Positions 12,916 to 26,431 of a stretch of 64,000 nt of DNA are shown here, piece after piece. Origin of the DNA: Malacoraja senta (lineage: Eukaryota); the NCBI GenBank assembly GCA_038087875.1, contig CM075981.1:66650001-66714000 (forward strand), given 5' to 3'. The position numbers and the translations under genes are program-made. Position 1 is the stretch's first letter, and each line of letters starts with the position of its first letter. A model generated the notes under the pieces. The model ran no database searches and was not told where the DNA came from. It worked only from the letters and a program-made list of their open reading frames with translations.

Positions 12916-13774
12916 TTGGTGCCCTGCAAGACTGTGTTCTCCCCCACACTATACTCCCTGTATGGTAATGACTGAGCAGTCAAATTCTGCTATATATCCA
13001 TTTCCAAGATTGGAGCACGGTGATGTTCCACATCTCAATGATGAGACGCAGTACAGGAAAGCAATAGAGAACCTAGTAGTATGATAGCAAGACAACAACC
13101 TCTCCCTCAATTTCTGCAAAACAAAGGAGCTGGATGCACACCCCTGTATGTATCAATGGCATTAAAATAGAGATGGTTGAGAGCTTCAAGTTACTAGGTG
13201 TAAATATCCCCAACAATTTGACCCAGTCCAACCATTTTGATGATACAGCCAAGAAAGCAAAACAATGTCTCTATTTCCACAGAAGACTAAGAAAAGTCAG
13301 CATGTCTCCAATGACATTTACCAAGATGCATCATGGAAGGCATCCTATCCAAATGCATCACAGCTTGGTCCGGCATCTACTCTGCTCAATATCACTAGAA
13401 ATTGCAGGGAGTTCTGAGCACAGTCCAGTCCACCAAGCAAACCACCCCTCCCATGCCCCCAATGACTCCATCTACACTTCCTGCTGCCTCAAAATGCAGC
13501 CAACATAGAGAAGGACTACTTAACCCAATTATTCTGTCTTCTTCCTCTCCCATCGGGTAGAAGATACAAATGCTTGAATGTACATGCCACCGGATTTAAG
13601 AACAGCCTCTTTCCTGCTGTTACCAAACTTGGATGGATCTCTCATATGCTAAGAATGAATTTCCAGTCTTCCAATCTCCCTTACCATGGCTTTTGCACTT
13701 TTTTTTAAATCTGTGCATTTTTGAAGATGTAACACTTTATTCTGCATTCTGTTTATTTTCTCTGTTGCACTAGG

Positions 13775-14496
13775 GACCAGTGACCACCGTTCGATTAGGT
13801 TTAAGATAGTTATGGAAAGGGACGGAGAGGGTCCACATGTTAAAATGCTCAACTGGGGTAAGGCCAGTCGCAGGTGGATAAGGTGGTCAAAAAGGCTTCT
13901 GGCACTTTGGTCTTCATCAGTCAGAGTATTGAGTATAGAAGTTGGGAGGTCATGTCGCAGTTGAATAAGACATTGGTGAGACTGCATTTAGAATATTGTG
14001 CTCAGTTCTGGGCACCATGTTGTAGGAAAGATAATGTCAAGCTTTAAAGGCTTCAGAACATATTTACAAGGATGTTGCCAGGACTAGAGGATGTGAGCTA
14101 TAGGGAGTGGTTAAGTAGGCTGTCTCTATTCCATGGAGTGCAGGAGGATGTGGAGGTGTACAAAATCATGAGTGGAATAGATCGAGTAGATGCATAGAGC
14201 CTCTTGCCCAGAGTAGGCCAATCGAGGACCAGAGGACATAGGTTCAAGGTGAAGATTTAATAGGAATCCAACGGGGTAACTTTATCACACAATGGGTGGT
14301 GGGTGTATGGAACAAGCTGCCAGAAGAGGTAGTTGAGGCTGGGACTATCCCATCGTTTAAGAAACAGTTAGACAAGTAGATGGATAGGATAGGTTTGGAG
14401 GGATATGGACTAAGTGTAGGCAAGTGGGACGTGTAGCTGGGACATTGTTGACCAAGTTGGGCCGAAGGGCCTGTTTCCACACTATATCACTCTATG
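13775..14496 (+). mobile_element. CR1 LINE 3' fragment
   Basis: LVRLHLEYCAQFW-type ORF2 motif and CR1 tail GGGCCGAAGGGCCTGTTTCC..CTCTATGA. Flanked by the direct repeat ACTAGG. Confidence 0.8.
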
Positions 14497-15959
14497 ACTA
14501 GGTGATGTACTTAAACATGGTATGATTTACCTGGATTTCACTCAAAACAAAGGATTTCACTATATCTCAGCACACGTGACAATAATAAACCAACATCAAA
14601 ACCAATAGGACTTCAGATATTAGTCTCGCTCTCAGTGGAATCAGATCTATTTTTGGATTATCGTCCAAAAGAGAATAGAATATTCAAAGGCTTTAGGGAA
14701 CATGATCAATTATATTTACATTCTAACCAAAATATGAATCATGTTAATCAGGGAATGAAACAGTCGGAACTATGTCGAAAGTGAGAGAAAAACAAGTAGA
14801 AGACATCGGCAAAAGATTTAGTTCTGAATCAAAAGAGTTAATATTGCAATTGGTCCTCAAGGATTCAACCAGCTGTGTTCCTGTAATGGGTTGGCCATAC
14901 GCATCAATGTAATGGACTGCACTACAATTTTTGCATCAATTCACTGCCTTCTTTCCAGTAATAATCAACGGAGAATCTGCAGCCAAATTGTAGATTCAAT
15001 CCAGTGCTGGAGTACAAATTGGTTCAGTCACCACTGTGGGATGAGGTAAATGATGGAAGCTGGCATTAAGTAGGTATCAAAGTCACTGCACATTATCACA
15101 ACAAGTATCAAGATACAATTTCAAACTTGAAACCACATGAGAGAAACATGCAAATAATTTCAATCTGAATTCAAACCCAACTGATGGGATGGGAGAAATA
15201 ACCAGGAATCAGTGAAAATGATCCTGAATAGTCAGCCCTATAGGGAGCGAATCTTGATACCTTTATCTCGTCCAAACCTCCATCTGACTTCAGTCCCATA
15301 CCCGCATGATTGTATCTTAAATTGGCCTCTTGAAAGGAGCTGAACCACTGAACTTTAGGGATTGGCAATTATTGCCAGATTTGTGAGCAATGGTACAAAT
15401 TGAAGCGGCTGACAGCGAACTGAACCATTAACTCTTCTTTCTTGCTCCAAGGATGCTGTCTGATCTGGTAAGTATTTCAACTACTTTCTGTTCCTATTTC
15501 AGATTTCCAGTATCTGCAGGATTTTGCTTGAGCAGTCCTGCATTGAGATAGCTAAAGGCTGTCTTGAGTCAGTTGCTAACAGAGTTGGAACCAGAAAGCA
15601 AAATGGCACTAACTGACAACTTCACTCAAGGGAGGTTTTAAGTTGGTCAATGTGGCAGGTAGAAAATTCTTATACTACGACAATGAGTAATGCTTCTACA
15701 AACTCAGAGCAGATTAAAGACAGATGTAATCTCTGCATATCATGCTTGATATGCCTGGATGCAATTGACAGCACTTCAGAAGTACTTAATTAACTGTAGA
15801 GCATTTTGGGATGTCCCGGGGTCAGGAAAAGCGCAATTAGAAATGTTCGTTTTTCTTTCCTTCTCATTTATTTTCCACTGCCGTGTCTTGGACTGGTCTC
15901 ATTCTTCCATCCTCATATTGCAAGCAAGAATAAAGGTTCTTGAGGAAGCAAGCAGAAAT

Positions 15960-16350
15960 AAAACTGCCCCATCATATACGAAGCCTGTACAGTGCCCTCC
16001 GCAATGCTCTAAAGAACTTTACACCCACTTAGCCAACCATTAGTGGAATTTAGGAAGTGAGGTAATCAATTTACACACAGGATATTCCACAAATGGCAAT
16101 TTGATAATGTTTCAGTGCTGCTCAATGAATAAATATTGGCAAGACTGCTCAAAATTGTGCGATAAGCTATTTTACATTCAACCGAGAGGTAAGGACAGTC
16201 CTCGTCTGGAAGATGTCACTGATAATGTTTTATTGTTCTCTCTAAACTGTACTTCAGGTATCAGTGTTGATTATAGGCAGATGTCTCTGGACTGGGACTT
16301 AAACCTCCTGACTCTAAAGGCAACCATGCTACTCATTGAGTCACAACTGA
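15960..16350 (-). mobile_element. Deu-domain SINE remnant
   Basis: Reverse-strand similarity to the 4.7-5.0 kb and 61.4 kb copies. An opposite-orientation tail lies at ~15770-15860. Confidence 0.45.
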
Positions 16351-16999
16351 CACCCCATTGAGGATGCAATCGCTGTTCAATTTACTACACCGTGGAACAT
16401 CTGTTTGGTTTTTGGTATGCAGTTTGCAAACATGTGTTGTGCCATTGAAAATAATTACTGCATGTCTGAAAGTACCTCTGCCTTATGGAAATAGTGTGAA
16501 ATAAGGGATCATTGCAAAATCTGTTCTAAATTCAAGCAGGAGGATATGAGGTAGGGATAATGTGGTAGCATTACCCCACATTTAACAGCATGAGATAGCT
16601 CCTGGGAGTACATAAGAAGTTATGTTCAGCGTGCTGGCAGGATAGTAAAAATTATTTCACTGGAAATGTTATTGAAACAGGTTATAAAAAGGATTGTTTT
16701 TTCTTGAAGTTTTATCTTTACAATAAAGTAATGAAAAGGAAAACGATTTAGAATGAAACGAGAATTAGGTGGGAGAATTGGAGGAGAATTGGGTGGGAGA
16801 GGGCAGGTGGTCGGGAACCTCAAGCCAAGTTAGTAGTGGCTCAGTAGAAGTTTGTTTGCTGGAGAGTCAGGCGGGATGAGGGGGGGGACTCACGGGTCAG
16901 GCAACACCTCAAGAGGCAAGGTTGGGGCAACTGCTATTCTCAGGCTGCAGCCGATGTGGGGTCTGTGGTACACACCTTGTCCTGGTGGGGGATTCAAAG

Positions 17000-17328
17000 C
17001 ATGATAGTGTGGAAACAGGCCCTTCAGCCCAACTTGTCCACACCGGCCACCAGCTACACTCGTCCCACCTGCCCAATTTTGGTCCATATCGCTCCAAACC
17101 TGTCCTAGCCATGTACCTGTCTAACTGTTTCTTAAATGTTGGGATAGTCCCTGCCTCAACTACCTCCTCTGTCAGCTTGTTCCATACACCCACCACCCTT
17201 TGTGGGAGAAAGTTACCCCTCAGATTCATATTAAATCTTTTCCCCTTCAACTTAAACCTATGTCCTCTGGTTATCGATTCGCCTACTCTGGGCAAGAGAC
17301 TGTGCATCTACCCGATCTATTCCTCTCA
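17000..17328 (-). mobile_element. CR1 LINE 3' fragment
   Basis: ORF 16909-17307: TRGHRFKLKGKRF...QRVVGVWNKL.EEVVEAGTI.TFKKQLD, typical CR1 ORF2 end. Confidence 0.85.
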
Positions 17329-19304
17329 TAGTAGATTGGTCTGGAAGAGGAAAAGAGTAGAAGTGGGCAGCGGCTCAGCACCACATATCTGTCGTGCGCG
17401 GATCACAACACGTTACCCTTTTCATGTTTAGGTTAACGGAGCGGCTAGGCGTATGGACTGTGCCAAACCCTCGGAGCTGAATCATACAGGTTTCTTTGTT
17501 CCTTTCCCTGAATCGGGAGTGGTTAAGATGTACAACGCTGGGTTAATAGTTACCACAAGTGTTCACAGGTTTTGGACCAGATTGGATGGGGCGGCAAAGC
17601 TGAATATTTCGACATGGTGAGGGTTGGAGAGGAATGGGTCTCACTGTCAGCGCTGCTGTCTGGGTGCGGGGGTTCGGTCGTGTAACAGCACCGGCTTCAC
17701 AACCTTTACATCGGTTACCTAGCAACCTACACTCTATACCTCCTTCTATAAAAGCCCGTCTGGTGCAGAATTATGTGTGAAAGACAGCTCTGTAAAGAAT
17801 TGCAAATACAGAACCTACAAGAGCAGCTGAAGTAGTTACGTGGCACGGGTTTCTGGGCCTGGCAGATTGGGAGCAGAGATAAGGTTTCTCCCCGGCTGTC
17901 TCGGGTCGCAGTCCAGAGATAGACCAAAAACCACTGGTTTAGCCATTCTGGACAGAAATGGGAAGAAACATCTTCAGCGGGCGAATGTTGGAAATACTTT
18001 ACCGAAGTGTTGCAGTGCGCAAGTCCATTCGAAGCAAGGAATGAAAGACTCAGTTATTAAGAGACTCAAGGCATGTGAGATTGGTGCAGGAAAGTGGCGC
18101 TGAGTTTAAAAGTCAGGGAGTTATCGAATGGCACTGGGTGGGAGGGGTCGACTGGCTTGTTCCATCTTCTATTCCTCATATCGTTCCTATATCTTATAAA
18201 TGAACAGGTGCTTTCAGGCTAAAATAAAAGTTAACTGGGAAACCTGGCTTCAGGCGGTTGAATGGTGCAGGAAAGTCCAAGCATCGTTGGGATGGACTGC
18301 AGAAATAAATTACATCGGGATACAGGTGGAAGAAAGGGGCTAAAGCGAAAGGGGGGGGGATAGATAAGCAATGTTCTGAAGTGAATCTTGTTCGCGGTTA
18401 ATGCCAGGCTACAAGCGCAGCGGAAATCGCCCAAGGGTCCCGCTCTGCAGGTCGAACCACTCCTCATATTGCAACCTACTTCAGCTCCCATTATGAACAT
18501 TTTGTTTTCGCACGGATCCTTATGTACGCAACGCCCACACTAAACATTAACAATTTTCAATGATAAGATTTTTAATTAGACATTTATGGACAACTCTTGC
18601 TCCCAAGCTTAACTCGTGAAACATCCCATCTCTCTTCATCCCAACAGCCATTACACGCGGCCCCTTCGGGAAAAGAATGCATAGCACATCTCTCTCGCCC
18701 GCAGTTACAAAAACGAACTTGCATCAGAACACAGCCCACACCTGCAGTAAACCATTCATCTCCAAGTGCCCATTTCATCATCTACATTTTAGTTGCTTCA
18801 CTTCGCATCATATAGTCATAGAGTCTAACAGCGTGGAAACAGGCCCTTCGGCACAACTTGCCCACATCGGCCAACAGCACTTAATGCTCTAAATCCAAGA
18901 AGATCTGGTTAATGTTGAGATTTGGAGTGCACCGTTGTGTAAAAGGACGCTTTCTCCTTTCACTCATTTTGCGACCAAACTCCGAATTGCATTCGTTTGA
19001 TCCAAAACAAACCATTTCAGACTTACAGGCGATGAATTCCATCGCCGCAGCTTTGTGCACCTAAATAACCTGTTCTGGCCTCTTTGTAGATTCGTACTGA
19101 CATCCCCAAGAGCAATGCTCATCCTAACGGTGATCTCCAACTTAATACATCACTCAGGAGCACGGTTCGGTTGTGCAGATTCGTGTCTCTCATCTCGGAC
19201 ACAATGGGCTTGGGTCTGGAATCCCACTATAGAAAGAAGCTCATGTCCCAGGGTGGGTAGGCTGGTGATGCGACGGTTAATTTGCCGGTCGCGTAAACCA
19301 CAAA

Positions 19305-19468
19305 TCGACACAATGTGCTGGGGTAACTGAGCAGGTCAGGCAGCTTCTCTGGAGAACATGGATAGGTGACGCTCTGGGTCTGGACCCTACTTCAGACCGA
19401 AACGTCGCCCATTCATGTTCTGCCGAGGTGACGCCTGATCCGCTGAGTTACTCCGGCATTCTGGAGTA
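19305..19468. mobile_element. Fold-back PLE remnant
   Basis: TGCTGGGGTAACTGAGCAGGTCAGGC...GAACATG is mirrored by CATGTTC...GCCTGATCCGCTGAGTTACTCCGGCA. The centre has CTTCAGACCGAAACGTC. Confidence 0.7.
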
Positions 19469-19819
19469 AGCCATAGGCTTGGGGGCTGTAGCATTTGAAC
19501 TCAGTTAACCATTTGGATTTTTAAAGCCGTCTTTGTGGGATCACCACGAAGACAACTTTCCTTCACGGAAGGATCTGGAGCTAGAGTTCAGCGACTCCAG
19601 GCATGGTTCAACGGTAAATGGGGTTGAGCAATAAACACTAGCCTTTCCAGCCACGCCCGTTTCCGATCGTTGAGTGGATAGATACAAATCTCCAGTGCAC
19701 CGACGTGGAAGGTGTCAGGCGGGTGTCTGCTGTGTGATTTGTCTATCCCACAGAAGCTTTCTCTGCTCTCTCAGCTGGTCGGGAAAATGCATTTTGCAAG
19801 TACTGTAGCCCACACATAC

Positions 19820-20075
19820 CATCGATCAACTTGTTCACACTAGTTCTATGTTATCCCACTTTCTCATCCATCTCCTACCCAATCGGGACAATTTAGAGAC
19901 CAATTCATCTACATATGTGGGATGTGGAAGGAAACCGGAGCACTCCTGGAGGAAACACACGCGGTCAGAAGGAGAACGTGCAAACTCCACACACACACCG
20001 CACTTGAGGTCAGGATCGAACCCAGGTGTCTGGTGGTGTTAGGTAGAGGCTCCAGCAGCTGCGCCACTGTGCCGT
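19820..20075 (-). mobile_element. V-SINE (HE1-like)
   Basis: Reverse V-domain GGAAACCGGAGCAC...GGAGAACGTGCAAACTCCACAC, reverse B box GGATCGAACC and A box GCTGCGCCACTGTGCC. Confidence 0.75.
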
Positions 20076-22717
20076 CCTGGTCATTGTAGATTCTATTGGA
20101 GCAATGTGGCGGTTTCTACTTGACAATTATTTCTAAAAATTGGTTCAAGCTGGGACGATGAGAATCAATCCAAACCTTCCTTTGTTCCACGCCCCGTTGC
20201 ACCCTATTAGATGGTGAATACACAGTACACAGTAATTCTAGGCCAACACTGCTCAACTTTGTAAACTCGGAGTATTGACCCTTTCCGAGCTCCAACGTAC
20301 ACCCAGCACTTCGATTGACGGGTTACTCACTGAATCAATTCGATTCCACAGCAGACTGACTGTTCGAGCAATCTGCTGCCGCTGTCTCAATGTATTCTGA
20401 GTGGAGTTTGGGCGATTTGCCCCTGAGAGAGAGGAGGGGGGCATTAATCCCGACTTAACACAGGATTAATGCCCACGCAACTGAAAACAATCTGCGTGGA
20501 GCTACGGAGCAAATCCCATTGATATAATTAATTCCATCCCTTCCCAAAACTTCGGCGCGTTCGCAGCTGCTTAAGTGGGAGGGGAAGTTAGAGATGCAAA
20601 GAAGTCAGTCCGCGTTCATTATCATATGCATAAGTGCGGTAACGTGCAGGTACAATGAAAATCTTGCTTGCTGTAGCATCACGTACATATAGACCGAAGT
20701 ACACATCAAATAAACCATGACATGTATTGAGTAGCACAAAGCTGTAGAATGAACTAAGCACATGCATCAAATACTCGCACTGGTAGTTTGTTAATTCTAC
20801 ATGGCTGCAATTGATGTACAACACAAAACAAATGTCTACATCACAGTGCACAAATTAATATCTGAAACAAAAAGGCAACAAAAGATCCTCTGCTCTGACA
20901 ACACTAATAGTATTTTTTTCCACAGAACAGCGGCGTTGCTGGAGGGGCTGTTGTGAGAGTGATACACTGGCATGACCAGATGTACTGGCTCAGCAACAGA
21001 GAAACAGATGTAATGCTGTCGTGGTTCCAAAACAAACCAGTGACAACAGGTGACGGGCAGAGGCACCAGAGGGGTGAAACAAAAAGGAATCGTTCAAGAC
21101 AGTACACGCGTTGGCGGTGCACATGGCTTTAATGCCGCGAACGGTGGGAGCTGTGGTGAGGAAACCGACTGCTTGTGCTGATAGTCACAGCACTGGCGGC
21201 GCAGTTTATGTAGCAGCCAATAATCGTATTAAATGCGAGGCATTTTTTTTGCAAAATTAAACCTTAAAACATAACTTAAAGCAAAGTAACTTCACACGCT
21301 CCACTCTACTTTGCAAGGGCAATTTACATTCCCTGGGTGTGCAGTGAGGTGGGAATCGCGGCCGCACGTATCTTCACAGCCTGTTCCTATAAACAACAGG
21401 CTCCTTTGGGCGCCTCAACTCGGTCAAGGCGGAACCGCGGTACAAGGAGTTTCTGGGTACTGCAGAAGTTCTGCTCCTGATCAAGTCTCGCGCCTTCGGA
21501 TTAGACTTGGTCTGAATCGGAGTCCGAATGGCTACCACTTAGCCTGGACCATCACGTGTATGTATACAAGAGTGCTCAGTGGAAAAACTCCGACAATCTA
21601 CATTGTCCTCATCACAGCTTCCTCTTTATGACATCGAAACGACACAAGGGGTCAAGCAACGATTCCACGTGTAAGAGAATCAGCTTTCCACTTATCTGGG
21701 TTCTGCAGCGAATCGATGCTATTACCGCAATGGGGTCTCGGCCTTGGAAGTAAGTAACTCCTCGACAATATCCGGGAAGCTCAACACTGTAGAACATAAA
21801 CCTGCTAAAGAAGCGTGCATTTCGATTGCGCTTTAATCAGACTCTCTCGGAAGGTGATCCATATGCAATGAATTACCCTCAGGCCCACATTCCGAGCTGG
21901 GGTGCGAGGTTAACACGCAACAAAATAAGACTAACATAAACAACCTATCTACTTCTGCCTTTCTAGTAATGTTAGTTAGGTGTGGAACATCGACGAGGAA
22001 AAATGATTTGAAAGAGGCCAATGCATCTTTAACCAAAGTCCAAGGAAACCCATTTAAATACCGTCTGCCAACTTCCTTCAGTCAATGGAGATTTGTCGAG
22101 ATTGCTGCCATGCACATGATCCATTATTAATGACCACAGCAAACATGCCATTCATACATTTAATTGATAATGGATGTCAGACTTTGAAAACATTTCCTTC
22201 AAGTATATAACCTGATATATTATATTAAAGCACCGGTAATGGTTCCTCAGTTCCACTGGACCTGTTCAAGTCCCACTGAACCCATGCCGCCACTAACTGT
22301 AACTTCTACTAAACAATCCCCAACGCTTGTAGAGTCTGGCTTTATGGACCTAGAGAAGGAACAGCCTGGCTATCCAAATTTGGTGTGGAGATTTTTTTGA
22401 CGAGCCGCATCTACGGCCCCAGACAAAGAAACCATAAACGAGGTGCTAGGATAAATGTTTTTCCTTTCTGAAACTTGATACCAGGTAAGTTTGTATACAA
22501 TGAACAAGCTAGTTTCAAGATTACCACGCGTCTCCGGAATAAAAACCAAGCAGATAATGGATTGCATGATACCTGGACACACTGCGGGACAGCATAAGGT
22601 TAAAGTAGAATACGCTGCATTCACCACCTCTTCAGAATGAAATTGGGACTAATGGGAAGAGATCAGAATGCAGTATTGAGCGGAGGAGAGATTGGGTTGG
22701 TCCAACGGAGCTGAGGC

Positions 22718-22835
22718 AAAGGAACTGCAGGTGCAGGAATCCTGTGCAAAACACAAAGTGCTGGAGGAACTCAGCGGGTCAGATAGCACATGTGGAGGGA
22801 ATGGACATGCGACGTTTCGGGGTGGGGCACTTCTA
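22718..22835 (-). mobile_element. PLE 3' remnant
   Basis: GGAACTGCAGGTGC...GCTGGAGGAACTCAGCGGGTCAG...GACGTTTCGGG. Confidence 0.55.
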
Positions 22836-23004
22836 GAGTTGACCGCCTTCAGCAGTTTTATTACATTTTGTGACATTTCCCGGGAAGAGGGGGCGGGGTT
22901 GTAGAATGTTTAAGAAACCTAGCAGCCTCGTTAGCACCCCTCCCCTGAATCACTGTATGGCAGTATCGTAGCACAACAAAATCACCACACAACGTATGAG
23001 ACAA

Positions 23005-23272
23005 CATGGAAAAAGTCCCTTTGGCCACTGAGTCTGCACCGATCAGCGATCACCTCCATCAACTAACATTATCCTACACACATTTTTACAAATTTAATGA
23101 AGCCAATTGACCCTAAAAACTTGTACGTCCTTGGAGTGTGGGAGGAAACCGGAGCATTCGGAGAAAACCCATGCGGTCACAGGGAGAACGTACAAACTCA
23201 GTACAGACAGCACCCATAGTCGGGATGAACCGGGGTCTCTAGCGCTGTAAAGCAGCAACTCAACCGCTGTGC
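23005..23272 (-). mobile_element. V-SINE (HE1-like)
   Basis: Reverse V-domain GGGAGGAAACCGGAGCA...GGGAGAACGTACAAACTC and head GCAGCAACTCAACCGCTG. Confidence 0.8.
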
Positions 23273-24029
23273 TTCTCCCTGTTCTTGTCCGGCATAAGGT
23301 ACGGACTCTTCCCCTCTATGGTGCACCACCAGACGCTTCCCTTCTGTTCTCAGGATTCTGAACGGTCCTTCCATAAGCTAGCGTGCTGTCTTATTCACCC
23401 TTACCTCATTGTGAACATTGGACTTTGTCTGTGGAACTAATGCATTAAAATATTCTGCACTCTGTATCTTCCCCTTTGCTCCATCTATTGTGCTTGATAG
23501 TATTTATGTATGGTATTATATTATCTGATCTGTTTGGCTAGCATGCAAAAGAAAGCGTTTCATTGTACACATGATAGAAATAAACTTGAACCCAAGACAG
23601 AAACAAAACCTAGCTGACCTTAATCAGTGAGTCAAAAATGTTTAATGGTCATATGTGCCGAATACAGAATAATGAAATTCTTGCTTGCAGCAGTATAACA
23701 GGCCTGTGAACATACAGTACACACATGTAATATACAAACGTGCACAGATTATATATTTAAAAATCAATAAATTAATAATCACAATACTACTACAGTTTAA
23801 GTATGAAACACTTTTTGATAGGGATTCAGTCACTTTAACAAACTATTAAACAGGTAACAGGGCTGGCCAGGGGAAATGTTCTACAGCAGAAAAGGCATGA
23901 GGTCTAACGTTTTGTCTAATTATCTAGTTGTCTAGTCTCCTGAGAAAGAAAACTGAAACGAGTGTCTCTCATTCCAAACTGAGACCTTTCTCCGTGTGAT
24001 GGTGTTGTAGAATTAAAGGACGGTTTTTT

Positions 24030-24283
24030 CGGAAGGAGATGAGGAGGAAATTGTGTAGTCAGAGAGTGGTGAATCTGTGGAATTCTTTGCCACAGAAGGC
24101 TGTGGAGGCCAAGTCAGTGGATATTTTTAAGGCAGAAATAGATTTTTGATTAGTATGGGTGTCAGAGGTTATGGGGGAGAAGGCAGGAGGCAAGGGTTAG
24201 GAGGGAGAGATAGATCAACCATGATTGAATGGTGGAGTAGACTTGATGGGCCGAATGGCCTAATTCTACTACCATTCCTTATG
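24030..24283 (+). mobile_element. CR1 LINE 3' end
   Basis: CAGAGAGTGGTGAATCTGTGGAATTC...GATGGGCCGAATGGCCTAATTCT. Confidence 0.8.
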
Positions 24284-24571
24284 AGACCACTCGACCCACT
24301 CTCTGATGCTGCCTTCCTCTCTGGCAGTCTTGTCATAGTTCTCAAATGTCCCATTGACATGTTACCATTGAATCTGCTTCCACCCCTCCCCCCACCTCCC
24401 TTTTTGAGGTAGATCTTTTCAAACCAAGACCTTGTTGCCTTGAACATCTCCAGTTTTCTACCTGATCTTTGTATAGATTAATTTACACTTCTCCCCTCTG
24501 ATGGCCACCTCTTCTGGTAAGGTACAAATATTCTCTCACTGCTCCATACAACCAGTCATCATTTTGATGTA

Positions 24572-26431
24572 CACTGCACTCCATAATGTTTGGGTCAAAG
24601 ACCCATCATTTATTTATTTGCCTCTGTACTCCACAATTTGAGATTTGTAATAGAAAAAAAATGACGTGGTTAAAGTGCACATTGTCAGATTTTAATAAAG
24701 GCCATTTTTATACATTTTGGTTTCACCATGTAGAAATTACATTGTCCCCCCCCCCCCCCCCCCATTTCAGGGCACCATAATGTTTGCGACACATGACTTC
24801 ACAGGTGTTTGTAATTGCTCAGGTGCATAATAATTGCCTACTTAATGCAGGTATAAGAGAGCTCTCAGCACCAAATCTTTCCACCACCTTTGGAAACTTT
24901 TATTGCTGTTTATCAACATGAGGACCAAAGTTGTGCCAATGAAAGTCAAAGAAGCCATTACGAGACTGAGAAACAAGAATAAAACTGTTAAAGAGACATC
25001 AGTCAAACCTTAGGTTTACCAAAATCAACTGTTTGGAACATCATTAAGAAGAAAGAATGGTGAGCTTACTAATCGCAAATGGACTGGCAGGCCAAGGAAA
25101 ACCTCCACAGCTGATGACAGATGAATTCTCTCTTTAATCAGCATCTACTCTTTCCTCCAGTCTTTCCATCACCTTTGGAAACTTTTATTGCTGTTTATCA
25201 ACATGAGGACCAAAGTTGTGCCAATGAAAGTCAAAGAAAGCCATTATGAGACATCAGCCAAACCTTAGGCTTACCAAAATCAATGGGTTGAAACATCATT
25301 AAGAAGAAAGAGAGCACTGGTGAGCTTACTAATCGTAAATGACCAAGGAAGACCTCCAAGGCTGATGACAGAAGAATTCTCTCTATAATAACGAAAAATC
25401 CCCAAACACCTGTACGACAGATAAGAAACACTCTTCAGGAGTGGATTTGTCTATGAGCACTGTCCGCAGAAGACTTCATGAACCAAAAGACAGAGGCTAC
25501 ACTACAAATTGCAAACGACTGGTTAGCCACAAAAATAGGATGGCCGGGTTACAGTTTGCCAAGAAGTACTTAAAAGAGCAACCACAATTCTGGAAAAAGG
25601 ACTTGTGGACAGATGAGATGAAGATTAACATATCAGAGTGATGACCAGAGCAAAGTATGGAGGAGAGAAGGAATTGCCCAAGATCCAAAGCATACCACCT
25701 CATCTGTGAAAAACAGTGGTGGGGGTGTTATGGCCTGGGCATGTATGGCTGCTGAAGGTACTGGCTCACTTATCTTCTTTGATGATACAACTGCTGATGG
25801 TAGAAGCATAATGAATTTTGAAGTGTATAGACATCCTATCTGCTCAAGTTCAAACAAATGCCTCACAACTCATTGGCTGGCAGTTCACTCTACTGCAAGA
25901 CAATGATCCCAAACCTACTGCTAAAGCAAACATACTGCTAAAGGAGATTTTCAAAGATAAAAAATTGTTAATTATTGAGTGGCCAAGTCAATCACCCGAT
26001 CTGAGCCCAATTGAGCACGCCTTTTATATGCTGAAGAGAAAACTGAAGGGGACTAGCCCCCAAAGCAAACACAAGCTAAAGATGGCTGCAATACAGGCCT
26101 GGCAGAGCATCGCCAGAGAAGACACCGAGCAACTGGTAATGTCCATGAATCGCAGACTTCAAGCAGTCATCATTGCATGCAAATGATATGCAACAAAATA
26201 CTAAACATGACTACTTTCATTTACATGGGGGGGGGCGGGAAGAGGGGGGTTATGTATTAAATACTGCTGCAAATTCTACATGGTGAAACCAACATGTATA
26301 AAAATGGCCTTTATTAAAATCTGACGTGCACTTAAACCACGTGATTTTTTCTATTACAAATCTCAAATTGTGGAATACAGAGGCAAATTAATTAAAAAGG
26401 GTCATTGTCCCAAACATTAAGGAGGGCATTG
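24572..26431 (+). mobile_element. Tc1/mariner IR/DR-type DNA transposon (Passport-like, DD34E family), defective, with internal duplication
   Basis: TA at both ends (24570-71, 26432-33) and long TIRs CACTGCACTCCATAATGTTTGGG / CCCAAACATTAAGGAGGGCATTG. Transposase fragments WTDE, QDNDPK and SPDLSPIE are broken by frameshifts. Confidence 0.93.

Larger units (their letters stand above)
11100..13770 (+). mobile_element. Rex1/Babar-clade LINE, RT region, pseudogenised, with three nested insertions
   Basis: Fragments ASLPDELNALYAHF, IIPMPKK...YHPVALTSPIIKCFERL and PVCINGIKIEMVESFKLLGVNIPNNL...KKAKQCLYFHRRLRK, with many stops and frameshifts. Confidence 0.75.

Noticed and set aside
21311-22627. Cluster of short ORFs as an endogenous viral or transposase relic
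   Set aside because: Manual translation shows frequent stops and no recognisable motif.
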